Source of the DNA: Eledone cirrhosa
Lineage: Eukaryota
DNA: 64,000 nucleotides
Direction: 5' to 3'
NCBI GenBank assembly: GCA_964016885.1
Contig: OZ024741.1
Location: forward strand, 268,956,001 to 269,020,000
Below are positions 51,901 to 63,509 of the stretch, piece by piece; within the stretch, counting starts at the first letter, position 1; each line of letters opens with the position of its first letter. The translations under genes and the position numbers were made by a program. The notes beneath the pieces were generated by a model that had not been told where the DNA came from, made no database searches, and was given only the letters and a program-made list of their open reading frames with translations.

Positions 51901-53430
51901 CTGGACCGACTCCTGAGCTATACGGTCATTATATCGACGACTGTATCGGCGCCACCTGTCTATCACGAGAACAGCTCGACTGTTTTCTTTCTTTTGTCCA
52001 ATCTTTCCATCCTGCTCTCAATTTCACCGCCTCCGTCTCTGATTCTTCTGTCGCTTTTCTAGATATCTCTCTATCTATTAATCACTCTCACCACACCCTC
52101 TCTACTTCCATCTACATTAAACCAACAGACTCCCAATCTTACCTCGACTTCACCTCCTCCCATCCTACCCACACCAAACACTCCATAGCCTATTCCCAAT
52201 TCCTCCATCTTTGTCGGCTCTGTAGCCAGGACAACAATTTCGGAACCCATTCCCTTTGCATGGCTTCCTGCATCATACAGCGTGGATATCCCCCCCACCC
52301 TGATCCAAGCTGCTCACACCCGCACCCGTGAAACAGACCGCACCACAGCCCTGTCACCTCACCTTCACCCTCCCAACACCCGTGTTCCTTTCCCTCTCAC
52401 CTACCACCCCATCACTCTACCACTCCGGCGACATATCCTCCATTCCTTCCGTATCCTCTCTTCTGACCCCGTCACTTCTCGCTTTGTTCCAAACCCACCC
52501 ATTACTGCTTTTAAGCGCACCCGCAACCTCTGTGACCTCCTGGTTCGCAGTCCCTTTTCGTCCTCTCCCACGACTCCACCCGGCTCTCATCCTTGTTCCC
52601 GTTCCCACTGCAACACTTGTCCCTTTATTTCCACCCTTACCTCTCTTACAGGCCCTAACGGGTCTTTCCGTATCCGCCACTCTTTCACCTGCACATCCAC
52701 CCACGTTGTCTATGCCCTCCGGTGTTCCCTTCACTGCTCTGTATACACACATATACACCCTTATATTAACATAGCTTTGTACTTACATAGACACACACTT
52801 TTCTCATTCTTTCCTCTGATGAAGGACTAGCGTCCGAAACGTTAAGACCCTCTTCCTGCTATATCATGCGTTAACCTAATGTATCCTTTCCATATACTGT
52901 ACCGATTGTGTTGTTATTTCTGTTTACCTTTTACATATATATATACTCCAGACCCATGCAAGCGTGGAAGATGGACGTTAAATGATGATGATGATGATGA
53001 TATATATATTGTACAGTACAGTAAAGTATACATCATCTATGAATGTTGTATGATAGATCTGATGTACATATGATGTTAAGTAATTTCCATTTCTATGATT
53101 CTTTAAAAGGATTTTGGTTCTCTTTCTTTTGCAGAGGTGCGACGATTGGCTGGTTTTAGTAAAATTGATGATATCCGGCAAATCATTTTAAATGCATTGA
53201 TTGATACGGCCCAGAAGTATCACCCCGACAACCCGCGGCATGTTCCGTCCGCACTACTGCTGCTCAGTCATGTACGTCAAGCATCAGATCGTAGCATTAT
53301 TTACCTACAGAAACAAAAAGATGAAGGACACGTGACGTTTTGTGAACTAATAACAGAGATGTTGGAGGCACAGAACAGTTCCAATGAAATTGTGGCTCCA
53401 AGAACAGATGTTATTGGAATGGGCACTTGA
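23480..53430 (+). CDS. ER: Estrogen receptor (NR3A, molluscan constitutive type), partial gene model of 7 coding exons covering DBD, hinge and LBD; N-terminal exon(s) not found in window
   Basis: Spliced translation gives C4 zinc fingers with the ER-type P-box CEGCKA (ERR has CEACKA), LBD motifs [33 protein letters not shown], and AF-2 LITEMLEA. Exon phases are consistent throughout. All junctions are GT-AG except the donor at 38327. Confidence 0.96.
26280..26745 (+). mobile_element. Helentron-associated (HINE/DINE-1-like) element
   Basis: Starts ACTAGC...GGCGTTGCACGGG, has an internal duplication (ttttcacctaa..gggccctagg), ends CAGACAGACA...TTTTATATATATAGAT. Confidence 0.6.
27229..27342 (+). 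CDS. ER: ER exon, zinc finger 2 ([37 protein letters not shown])
   Basis: Acceptor gttag at 27228, donor GTAAGT at 27343, D-box CPATNSC, 114 bp; absent from the ORF track. Confidence 0.96.
27427..27692 (-). mobile_element. tRNA-derived SINE, family B; also 41485-41608 - and 26110-26215 +
   Basis: Minus-strand A-box TGGCCTAGTGG, B-box GGTTCGATTCC, followed by TTGAGCAA core-like block. Confidence 0.78.
28050..29990 (-). mobile_element. Decayed Penelope-like element (RT, GIY-YIG, pLTR); same family as 51006-52940
   Basis: MGPNYANLF...[11 protein letters not shown] motifs; extensive DNA similarity to 51620-52860; decayed hammerhead near 28125-28160. Confidence 0.85.
30010..30165 (+). mobile_element. 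R4/Dong-type (RLE) non-LTR 3' fragment; similar fragment at 44235-44460
   Basis: [11 protein letters not shown]...[12 protein letters not shown]; at 44 kb [13 protein letters not shown]...VGGLG...[17 protein letters not shown]. Confidence 0.7.
30885..33674. repeat. 22-bp purine-rich minisatellite, about 2.8 kb
   Basis: Unit GAGAGGAAGTGAGAT(A/T)GAGATA, roughly 125 copies. Confidence 0.97.
34036..34148 (+). CDS. ER: ER exon, hinge ([37 protein letters not shown])
   Basis: Acceptor ttacag at 34035, donor GTTTAC at 34149; phase 1/0 links both neighbours in frame; basic NLS-like stretch. Confidence 0.85.
34615..35205. repeat. Minisatellite of alternating 23-24-bp units
   Basis: GTGTGGTGTATAGTGTGAAGACA / GGATGTGGTGTGTTGTGAAGAC. 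Confidence 0.9.
35250..36180. repeat. 22-bp minisatellite; degenerate copies also at 38057-38160
   Basis: Unit GAGTACTGGGTGATGTGATGA(A/G). Confidence 0.95.
36358..37025. repeat. 20-bp quasi-palindromic minisatellite
   Basis: Unit TATAACCACTACATGGTTGC / TGTAACCACTACATGGTAGC. Confidence 0.92.
37086..37266 (+). CDS. ER: ER exon, LBD helices 1-3 (SQRLSK...[17 protein letters not shown])
   Basis: Polypyrimidine tract and ttcag at 37085, donor GTGATT at 37267, 181 bp, phase 0/1. Confidence 0.93.
38185..38326 (+). CDS. ER: ER exon, LBD helices 4-5 and beta turn ([47 protein letters not shown])
   Basis: Acceptor aatag at 38184; the conserved phase-2 junction requires an end at 38326, which is followed by TTAAGT rather than GTAAGT. 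Confidence 0.9.
39134..39719 (+). mobile_element. Fold-back PLE-like element with hammerhead at 39453-39510
   Basis: Arms 39134-39278 and 39413-39562; ATAC-CTGATGA-...ACCGG/CCGGT...-GAAA-TGATCA-TA-GTAT; tail with GAGTACTCT; (TA)n on both sides. Confidence 0.8.
39986..40746 (-). mobile_element. Fold-back PLE-like element with variant hammerhead
   Basis: Arms 40093-40310 and 40528-40746; GTTCC-TTGAGAA-GCTGG...TCAGC-AAAA-CTGTACAG-TC-GGGAC; tail junction AATCAGAGCTATATATC shared with 20511-20528. Confidence 0.72.
40989..41373. mobile_element. RTE/RTEX LINE 3' end with 5' inversion, inserted in (TA)n
   Basis: Minus strand [13 protein letters not shown]...RRLRLAGH...LLWEPLQGH continues on the plus strand as [15 protein letters not shown]...DRDRWR...PP*. 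Confidence 0.82.
41908..42038 (+). CDS. ER: ER exon, LBD helices 6-8 ([43 protein letters not shown])
   Basis: Acceptor ttttcag at 41907, donor GTACAT at 42039, 131 bp, phase 2/1. Confidence 0.93.
42200..44170 (-). mobile_element. Decayed L1/Tx1-clade LINE ORF2
   Basis: [50 protein letters not shown] remnants. Confidence 0.72.
44689..44917. mobile_element. piggyBac-like MITE; second truncated copy at 45259-45410
   Basis: TTAACCCTTTAGCATTTA ... TAAATGCTAAAGGATTAA. Confidence 0.65.
45420..48955 (-). mobile_element. CR1-clade LINE with ORF1 and ORF2 (APE endonuclease + RT), frameshifted, 3'-truncated
   Basis: ORF1 from ATG 48918 (RIGRK...PRPIKV); EN motifs TNACS, INETWL, GDFN, LDL, SDH; RT motifs [30 protein letters not shown]. 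Confidence 0.92.
51006..52940 (+). mobile_element. Penelope-like element (decayed ORF: N-terminus, RT, start of GIY-YIG) with 3' pLTR
   Basis: [33 protein letters not shown]-x2/4-C linker and [16 protein letters not shown]. Confidence 0.92.
52813..52847 (+). ncRNA. Minimal PLE-type hammerhead motif
   Basis: CTGATGA-A-GGAC tagc GTCC-GAAA-CGTT-A with palindromic stem III AACGTT; stem I is only about 2 bp. Confidence 0.7.
53135..53430 (+). CDS. ER: ER last coding exon, LBD helices 9-12 and F domain, stop TGA
   Basis: Acceptor ttttgcag at 53134; EVRRLAG...LLLLSHVRQ...[12 protein letters not shown]...GMGT*. Confidence 0.95.
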
Positions 53431-53531
53431 GGGGAGTTTTTACTAAACAGTCTGTGAACGTGTGTGTGTGAGTGTGTATATATATATGTACACACACATA
53501 TATATATATACACACACACACATATATATAT

Positions 53532-53564
<33 letters not shown>

Positions 53565-53659
53565 CACACACACATATATATATATGTATACACACACATA
53601 TATATATGCAAACACACTCATATATATATATACACACACACACATATATATATATACAC

Positions 53660-53725
<66 letters not shown>

Positions 53726-53758
53726 ACAACATACATATACTTACATGCACACTCAGAA

Positions 53759-53825
<67 letters not shown>

Positions 53826-53870
53826 GTATGTGTGTGGGTGTGTGTATGTATACATATATATATGTATATA

Positions 53871-53901
<31 letters not shown>

Positions 53902-54000
53902 GTATGCGTGTATATATATATGTATATTTACATATATATATATATATGTATATTTACATATATATATATATATATATTTATGTATATATATATATATATT

Positions 54001-54031
<31 letters not shown>

Positions 54032-54144
54032 GTATATATATATATATATATATTTATATGTATATATATATATATATTTATATGTATATATATATATATA
54101 TTTATATGTATATATATATATATTTATATGTAGTATATATATAT

Positions 54145-54207
<63 letters not shown>

Positions 54208-54599
54208 CACACACACACATATATATGTATATATGTGTGTGTATGTATACATATATGTATACACACACACACATAAATATATATATATATGTATATATAT
54301 GTATATATATATATATATATATATGATGCAATTGATAACTAGTATGCAAAGTAATTAAGAATTGTTTCATAGAGTGTTGCCATGATTATGTAAGCCCATG
54401 CCATGTGATACAGGATACCTGACTAGTATATGACGCAATATGTAGTTATGACATACTATGTGAACATTTCATAGCTACTTTGTATCCTAGCTATCAATTA
54501 TATTACTTTAAACTCTACCAATTTACTAGATTGGTATTGAAAGGTCTTATCTGTTATATATGTCAAAGTCATATCTGTTATATATATATATATATATAT

Positions 54600-55061
54600 T
54601 TTATACTTTGGGAGGGTCATGTTGCCAATAAGAAACACATGCACCAGTTGCTTTCACTTCAATTTATTATAATAAACACACACAGACACCCGGATGTAAC
54701 ACATGCACAAACTAAGCACACAACACACACAAAAAAACAAGATGGCGTAGGACAACAAAAGAGAGGCACAAAAAACAAAAAAAAAAACAAAGAAAAGAAT
54801 CCCCAGTCACTGAAGAGGTCACAGAATGTGTGACGAAAGAACTTTGACAATATATAAACAACCATCTGGTTGTGGAACCAACCAACCAACCAACCGGAAA
54901 TTTATAAATTCCTAAATTTATAAATTTATTATAATAAATTAGAGTGAAAGCAACTGGTGCGTGTGTTTCTTATTGGCAACATGACCCTCCCAAAGTATAA
55001 CAATATCGGTTTCAACACACGTTTTCAGATAAAGAATCTTGCTAAACAAATTCAGAAACAA

Positions 55062-55062
<1 letters not shown>
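54600..55062 (+). mobile_element. Second copy of the 21.1-kb fold-back family, with hammerhead at 54806-54848
   Basis: Short inverted arm 54600-54676, longer forward part, near-identical tail ...CTTGCTAAACAAATTCAGAAAC, (TA)n on both sides. Confidence 0.85.
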
Positions 55063-55103
<41 letters not shown>

Positions 55104-55315
55104 AGTCCCACCCTTGCAAGCAGGGAAAAGTGGACATAAAATGAAATGATGATGATGATGATATATATATATGTGTTTGTGTGTGTGTATGTATATTTAT
55201 ATATATATATATATAAACACACTTATACATACACACAAATATATCCATATGAATATATATACACACACACAAATATATGTATGTGTGTGTATATACACAT
55301 ATATATGTATGTGTG

Positions 55316-55355
<40 letters not shown>

Positions 55356-55744
55356 TACACATACATATATAGGTGTGTATGTATGTATATGTATAAATGT
55401 ATGTATGTTTTTATATATGTAAACTGTATGGTTTCATATATATATAGACACATGCACTCTATATATATATATACATAAGCATGCACTTCTAAATATATTT
55501 TTTACTACAACTGTCTATCTGTAGAAGAAACCGAAGGCAATGTATGGAGAATATATAAGAATTAAAGGTATAGTTCCTAACAAGGACTGGCCAATGTCAT
55601 CTCAGTTAAGAATTGTCGGACAGTCAGATAATTTCATGTTGAGATGTACCTGGTCAGTCAGTGTGAGAATTTATGCCTCCATGTTCATCAAGAACAGATA
55701 TATAAAAATACGTATATGAAGGTGTGTCTATGTGTGTTTGTATA

Positions 55745-55778
<34 letters not shown>

Positions 55779-56159
55779 TTTTTTCCACACATACATATAT
55801 ATAATTATGGGTGGATTTGCAATGGGTAATTGGAGATGACCACAGTTAAAAACAGTATTCAATATGTTGTTAGAATATAGGGTTCTACTGGCCTAGAACT
55901 GTTTCATTTTTAGGTATTCATATAACACGTGATGGCCCCAAAAAATTAAAGCTTTACGATTGAGCATTGTATCTTATAATGATAATAACTACAGTCTGTA
56001 GTACTAAGTTAACTATGGTCTGATTGGTTCCAGCTAGTAACATCCCATATATATATATATATATAAATATATACACATACATATATATATATATAAATAT
56101 ATACACATACATATGCATATATATATATATACATACATACATACATAGATACATATATA

Positions 56160-56717
56160 TATTTGAAAAGGGAGTAAGGTTCTATACAAAACAGAGGTTA
56201 TAGAGAAAAAGTGAATTGGAAATAGCACGGAAAATATATTTAAAGGATCTGTTTTTCTTTTTTTTTTTCTTCTTTGATCCATCAATGTGACATTATTGAA
56301 AAAATTAGAGGAACAATTTAAATAAAAAAGGGTTTTATAATTTATATAAAATATAACCAGTTTTGACGTCTCAGTGTAATCCTCCATCTTATCAAATGTT
56401 GAATATTACAATTAAAAAGAATTAAAAATTTCAAATTTAAAATTAAGTGTTGAAGAAGGTCTTTTGCTCATCTTCTTCTCAACAAGAAAGATGAACAGAT
56501 CTTCTTCAACATTTAATTTTAAATTCTAAATTTTCAATTCTTTTTAATTGTAATGAAACCGGTTATATTTTATATATATTATATACATCATAAACTCCTT
56601 TTAAAAAAAAAAAAAGTTCCTCTCATTTTTTTCAATAATGTCACCTTGACGGATGAAAGACCAAAGAAAAGAAAAACAGATCCTTTGAATATATATTCCG
56701 TACTATTTCCAATTCCA

Positions 56718-56725
<8 letters not shown>
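56160..56725 (-). mobile_element. Old fold-back element with decayed hammerhead
   Basis: Diverged arms at about 56202-56478 and 56484-56725; tail 56160-56200 at (TA)n. Confidence 0.62.
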
Positions 56726-56757
<32 letters not shown>

Positions 56758-56767
56758 ATATATATAT

Positions 56768-56810
<43 letters not shown>

Positions 56811-56893
56811 TGTATATATATATATACACATACATACATATATATATATATATAAATATATATACACATACATATATATATACACATACATAC

Positions 56894-56927
<34 letters not shown>

Positions 56928-57638
56928 ATATATATACACACACACATACATGTAGGTAGTCGAAAATAACACACACAAAAGACAGTGTTAGTATATTAAT
57001 AACATACTTGAATACAGAAATTTCCACAAATGCTTTTATGTTTCAAACTGGTTGTCCTTTGTCAAAAGAAGTGAAAGAAAGGAGCAGATAGGTGGAAAGG
57101 TAATGCTATGAGTGAAGCACGTGTGAGTGAAGCCTGTATGATGAAGCATGTGTGAGTTAGTTTGTAATCAGTGGAAAATGAGATGTTGAGTGATATTTTA
57201 ATGCCAGTAGTGATAGTAAAAAGAAGATAACAACTTGTATATGTATGTAAAACATTCACACTTTTCATTTCTTTTTCTCTGTGAAAGGAGAGGAATGTCA
57301 TAAATTCATCTATTGTAACTATTCCTTCCTTTCTTTATTATCTTTTTCCTATGATAGACTTTACAAACAGTCCAAGGTTATCATTCCACAGTCACATTGG
57401 TATATTGACTTTCTATTTCTTTTATTGGCTCACTCCTGTTCTTTTTAACTGTTAAAACTGTGTTTCATTCAGACTTCAGATTATATATATATATGCATAA
57501 TATAAATATATATATATATATATGCATAATATAAATATATATATATATATATATATGCATAATATAAATATATATATATATATAAATATATAAATATATA
57601 TACATAAATATATATATGTATATACAAATATATATATG

Positions 57639-57670
<32 letters not shown>

Positions 57671-57704
57671 AATGTATATATATATATTCATTTATCATAG
57701 ATAC

Positions 57705-57876
57705 ATAGTAATTCTTGTTAATCAGGAGTTTCAGCTGTGCACTTGTAGAATCATCAAAGATGATCCTGCGAGTGCACAGGTGTGACTCCAGAGTTACAAG
57801 ATTCATTACTTAGCTATATTAAATGAATACGCTACTTCGGTATTAAGTACTCTTTTCTCTCATCTGTCAACTACAT
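57705..57876 (+). mobile_element. Old short fold-back element
   Basis: Imperfect hairpin 57705-57810, tail with AAGTACTCT, ends at TA. Confidence 0.45.
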
Positions 57877-58056
57877 ATTTATATATATATATATAATATT
57901 AAGGATACTATTTATGGTTATGTATATACTAAAACTATTTATAGTTATATATATTTTAAACCCTAAACAGTGAAGGTCAGTAATTTATTACTACCTTATT
58001 ACCAGTAAGATAAATAGCTCAATGTAATAACATCAGTTGTTCTACAGAGCAGTTAT

Positions 58057-58252
58057 ATAGAATTCACAAGAATCAAAGCTATGTTCAAAGCATTTATTCA
58101 CTTACAATTGTTTCATCAGTTGCATTGGAAAGGAGGTCAATCATGTGTACAAACATTGAAAAATGCTCCGAAGACTCCAAGCCTAGGTTTGGATGAAACA
58201 ATTGTAAGTGAATAAATGCTTTGAACATAGCTTTGATTCTTGTGAATTCTCT
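58057..58252 (+). mobile_element. Fold-back element with hammerhead at 58164-58210
   Basis: Near-perfect 59-bp arms; TGCT-CCGAAGA-C-TCCAAGC/GTTTGGA-T-GAAA-CAATTG-TA-AGTG. Confidence 0.72.
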
Positions 58253-59074
58253 CTCTCTATATATATATATATGTGTATATTTAAGAAGGCAGATATTCAT
58301 ACACACACACACATATATATATAAGTATAATGTACGTTTAAATACACTTGCGTATATATATAAATAATTTAAATCAAGTGACAACCAAAAGATGATATTT
58401 CAAATCATTTTATTAATGTTTACATATGTTTCAACATTTCATTGTTTCCAGGTAACACTAAATTATTCTCAGGACATCAATGTAGGATTTGGAGGATGCA
58501 AGTCGCAAAGAAAAATCACGAGAATTCATAGTTAATAAAGTAAAGAAATTGAAGAGCTTTTTGCACAGAAACTCACATGCAAAGCAGTTAATTATCTGTG
58601 CAAAGCATAGTGTGGATTTTTCATCCTCAAGTGATCAGTTGTAGTGCACCTGAGCCCTGTACACAATAATTTTCATCATTATTATTATTAAATGAAAGAG
58701 ATATTTATAATATAGTTTATATTTGAGAGAAATAAATCCATTATCTACTTCATAAAGTTTTCATTTACCAGAGAGAAACTATTTTTTTATAATATAGATG
58801 GCAGTATTGTATTAAGACAGTGGTGTAATCTAAATGAGGATGTTTTAAGTGGAGCCAAACTAAAATCTGTAGTCTAGGAAAAGATATTCAAAACATGTGT
58901 AGACTTTAATACAATGACTTGAAGCATCACCTGATTTAAATTTTTATGCTCTGTATTATCTTCAATAAGTGATTTATACATTGAACTTTTTCACCTTTGC
59001 TAAGGAACAGGTGTCATACCCACCTTTTATTCATCTCCTAAATATATATATATAAGATAGATGTTAATTGATGA

Positions 59075-59127
<53 letters not shown>

Positions 59128-59129
<2 letters not shown>

Positions 59130-59449
59130 GGAGGTGAGTTTTATTGTAGCACAATAAAGCAATGCAAATATTGGATAAGTAGCACTCAACAGTTTATAGG
59201 ACTGGAGTATATATAATATAAAATTAAAAGATGGTTAAAAGAGTTCCATGTATTTTATTATGCACATTTCAAAAACAAATATCATCATGGGATGATATTT
59301 GCGTTCTCATCAGATAAAATAAGGAGACATGATATGAAGCTTAAAAAACACTTTATCTGATGAGAACGCAAATATCATCCCATGATGATATTTGTTTTTG
59401 AAATGTGCATAATAAAATACATGGAACTCTTTTAACCTTCTTTTGATTT

Positions 59450-59460
<11 letters not shown>
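59128..59460 (-). mobile_element. Fold-back element with a hammerhead in each arm (plus-strand copy 59352-59416)
   Basis: Arms 59208-59318 and 59352-59460; TTTAT-CTGATGA-16-bp stem II-GAAA-TGTGCA-TA-ATAAA; tail 59128-59207. Confidence 0.8.
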
Positions 59461-59491
<31 letters not shown>

Positions 59492-59494
59492 GTT

Positions 59495-59705
59495 AAGTAT
59501 TTCCGTAGAAGAGGTAAAGGATAAAAGAGTGCTCTATGTATTGTACTAGAGCTATTTAATTACATAATAAACAATACAATATAATTATTTCATTACAGTA
59601 TATTAATTTGTCTGATGAACGAACTAGATGTTCCTTGCAAGAATCATCTAGTTTCTTGAAACCTTCGGTAATGAAATAATTATATTGTGTTGTTTATTAT
59701 GTAAT
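59495..59705. mobile_element. Fold-back element with hammerhead at 59607-59675
   Basis: Arms 59559-59596 and 59668-59705; CTGATGA-...GAACTAGATG/CATCTAGTTT...-GAAA-CC TTC GG-TA. Confidence 0.72.
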
Positions 59706-59951
59706 AAATATATGTGTATTTACATGTTTATATATGTATATAAATATATATATTTACACACACACACATATATATCATCATCATCATCATCATCGTTTAA
59801 CATCTATCTTCCACGCTAGCATGGGTGTGTTTATACATACATACATACACATAGATATGTATATGTATATATAGATATATATAAGTAAACAAAAAACAAC
59901 ACAGCAAATGATACAGTAAGATGAAAATATAGTAGGAAAGGGTTGCTAATA

Positions 59952-59985
<34 letters not shown>

Positions 59986-60153
59986 CATACATATGTGCAT
60001 ACATGCATATAAATTAATACACATGTATACTTATATATATATATATAAAAGTATATTTCTGTTTCTCTCTATATGTGTATACATATATATGTTTTTGTGT
60101 GTGTGTGTGTTTGTATATATACACACACATATATATATATATATGTATATGTT

Positions 60154-60211
<58 letters not shown>

Positions 60212-62260
60212 TATATACACATTAAAAAAAAACCATGATCATGATGAGCTTTTCTTATTTTCTTCTGTCTTTGCTACTTTCCTGCTCTAGTGAAATATGA
60301 TGTCGCAAATTGGTAATGAAACTCATCTTGTTATGAAACTATATTAAGAAGTTGACCCACCATCTCCACCACCAACCCTGTTGCCCTACCTCTATTTGCA
60401 TCTTTAATCCACTTGAATTAACAATATAAACACTAATCTGCTGTTTTCTCCATTTACAACCATTTTTTTTCTTTCTAGAGTACCATTCTGGGAGTCATTC
60501 TCTAGCAAATTAGTTTGTGTCGATGATCTTGTGTTCTGATTTGGAACAGAACTTCTATTCCTGTGTAATCTCTCTACTCTATATTAGTAAGAACACTATT
60601 TTTATAACTAATTAGAGAATTAGTAATGTTGATTTGCAGGAGTTGCATTAGCAGAATCATTAGAAAATTGGATAGAATGCTTTGCAGTATTTGTTCCAGT
60701 TCTCTTTGTTCTTTGAGTTCACCTCCCATTGAGGTCTACTTTCCCTTTCATACTGGTGTCAATTTTTTCACTCTATTTCATTCTCACTTCTCTCTCTCCT
60801 GCTCTTGAAGAAATTGGGTGTGTTCTGACATGTTGAGGAGATAGTCTTTGCCATGTTTAAAATACCCAAGACATTGCCGCTACGACTCCATTAGGAGTTA
60901 CTCGTCTATACATACTTACAATGTTGATGCTCATTTCAATTCATTAGCCTACAATACCAATAAAAATGTATTTAAGTAATAATATTATTGGACACCAATC
61001 TGTTTGATAGCTTTGTAACTTCTCTAGCTTAGAATATTTGCTAAGCTGTAAAGTTGAGCAAAGCTAGATGAGTAGATAGTAAAATGTAGAATAGTAGGTA
61101 GGTAGCTGCAACTGAACAACTGTGGTCTTATAGAAAATGTGGCTTTGAATTTTAGAAAGGTGTTAATTAAATTCCAGTTTCTAGTTTTCTTTTTGAACAG
61201 AGATTTTTTCACTGCCTTTTAATCACACAATGAAATAGACTCAGACATGCAGTCACAACGTTCTATCTTTCACTGGTTTCACTCTCTCTCACTCACTCTA
61301 TTTGTTTTAGCATTTTCTGCTCATCCTTATGGTTACCAGTGTTGCGTGTGTGAATGCATGTGTATGTGTGTGCAGTAATGTGCGTGTGTTAATAATTGAC
61401 CGTCTATCAAATTCTGTATGGTGCTCTTAACTATCCAACATGTATGGAGGAGGAGGAGGAGGAGAAAGTCTTCTACTCTCGCCATACTTTAGTCTTTAAG
61501 AAGACTGAACCCACACATAATGCCAGTCTGTATTACGACTACTATTATAACAACAACAACATTTACTGCTACTACAGCTTGCTTTTCTTTGCACAACAAC
61601 AACAATAACAACAACAACAACAAGATGGTCTTTTCAGCTTGGAAAACTGTGACAAAATTTGAAATAAAAAAAAAATAAATAAAAAAAAATGCCTATGATC
61701 TCTCCAGATTAACAAGAAAGCAACATAGAGGATCGAGTTGGATTTATTTAAACATTTACAGAAACTTTTTTTCTTTAAATGAGAAATTTAACAGACTAAA
61801 TGTTACTATTTCTCTTTATCAACAAAACAACAGTCAAGAAAAAAAAACAAAAAAATACAGGCAGTATATAATATATTTTATTGAATGTTTCCTATTTATA
61901 TTTCCTTTACAGTTTAGCCTGTTATTTTGTTTTATTTATTGATTAATTTTTGCCTGGGGATAATATATTTTGTGTCATTTCAACTGCCACTCCCTGTTTT
62001 TTTTTTTTTTTCTCTCCATCAAACTGTTCTCTATTTTCCATTATCTCATTTCTTTGATTTTTATATATATTTTCTTCTTCTCATCCATCTCGCTGTAAGC
62101 ATTGAGAAAGATAAGATATTTATCATTGAAGTCCTTCTTTAAACGATGACCTTCTGATATTTTGGAAAACTTGAGTTATTTCTAAATTTTATTTCAAAAC
62201 ATTTCATCTCAGTTATATATATATATAAATATATGTATATATATATATATATATATATAA

Positions 62261-62293
<33 letters not shown>

Positions 62294-62783
62294 CTACACA
62301 TATATATATAATGATTACATGTATGTGTGTATATATATATATATATATATTGTCTTTCTTTATGGAAGGTAAATTTTATTCCAAACAGAGGTTTTGGATT
62401 CACGTGATATTAATATTAATACAGACATAAGGGAATTGTACTTTGCTGTTGACTGCAGTAGGAAACATACTTCAGTACTCTAAATACGTTGGGGAAAATA
62501 CTGAACATCAACAAGAATTCTATGTAATATCATTGTTTTGTTCACTCTTTTGTTATAATGTCTGCTAGTGTACCCCTTAAAACATCTCCTCACAAAAAAA
62601 TATGTTTCACCAAAACAGTTTCACCAAATTTTACATAGTACATCTCTCCAAATCTATACCCGAGTCTAAGAGGATTATGTAGAGTCAACATACAGAGACT
62701 ACACAATGTATATATATGTGTGTGTTTGTATTATATATATATAATCATCATCATCGTCATTTATATATATGTATGTGTGTGTT

Positions 62784-62828
<45 letters not shown>

Positions 62829-63273
62829 TTATGAAGAAAAAGAAGAGGGATGGTGTTACATATTCAACATCAGTTTATTCCACCACACCTCTCTTGGGAA
62901 TAAAAGGATGTTGAATATGTAATGCGTTTGATACCATATATATAATACATTGTGGCATCCAATATGTGGAGTGCTTCCAACTAATTACACCATTATTAAT
63001 CAATTGCTTGGATCAACCAACACTAATTATCAAAAAAAAATATATATATATATATATAGGAAAATAGTCAGAACCCCGACGGCAGAGCTCAAGCCGTTTT
63101 GACAGCTATTTCCTATTACCTACTCTACTACCCAAAGTATCGAGTACTCTGGTGCATTATGGTCCACTTGGTTCCTTACCACACTTTCTTTGTTATATAT
63201 ATACATACACATATGTGTATATATATTCTAGCTTGAAAAGTGGACATTAAACGATTATGCATGTATGTATGTT

Positions 63274-63310
<37 letters not shown>

Positions 63311-63451
63311 ATATATATATATAACATATATATATGTGTATGTAGCCACAGAAAAGCCAATGTAAAATCGATGATGATATTTGTGTGTATGTATATGTAT
63401 ATATATATGTGTGTGTGTATATATATAATTATACACACATACATGCATATA

Positions 63452-63509
<58 letters not shown>

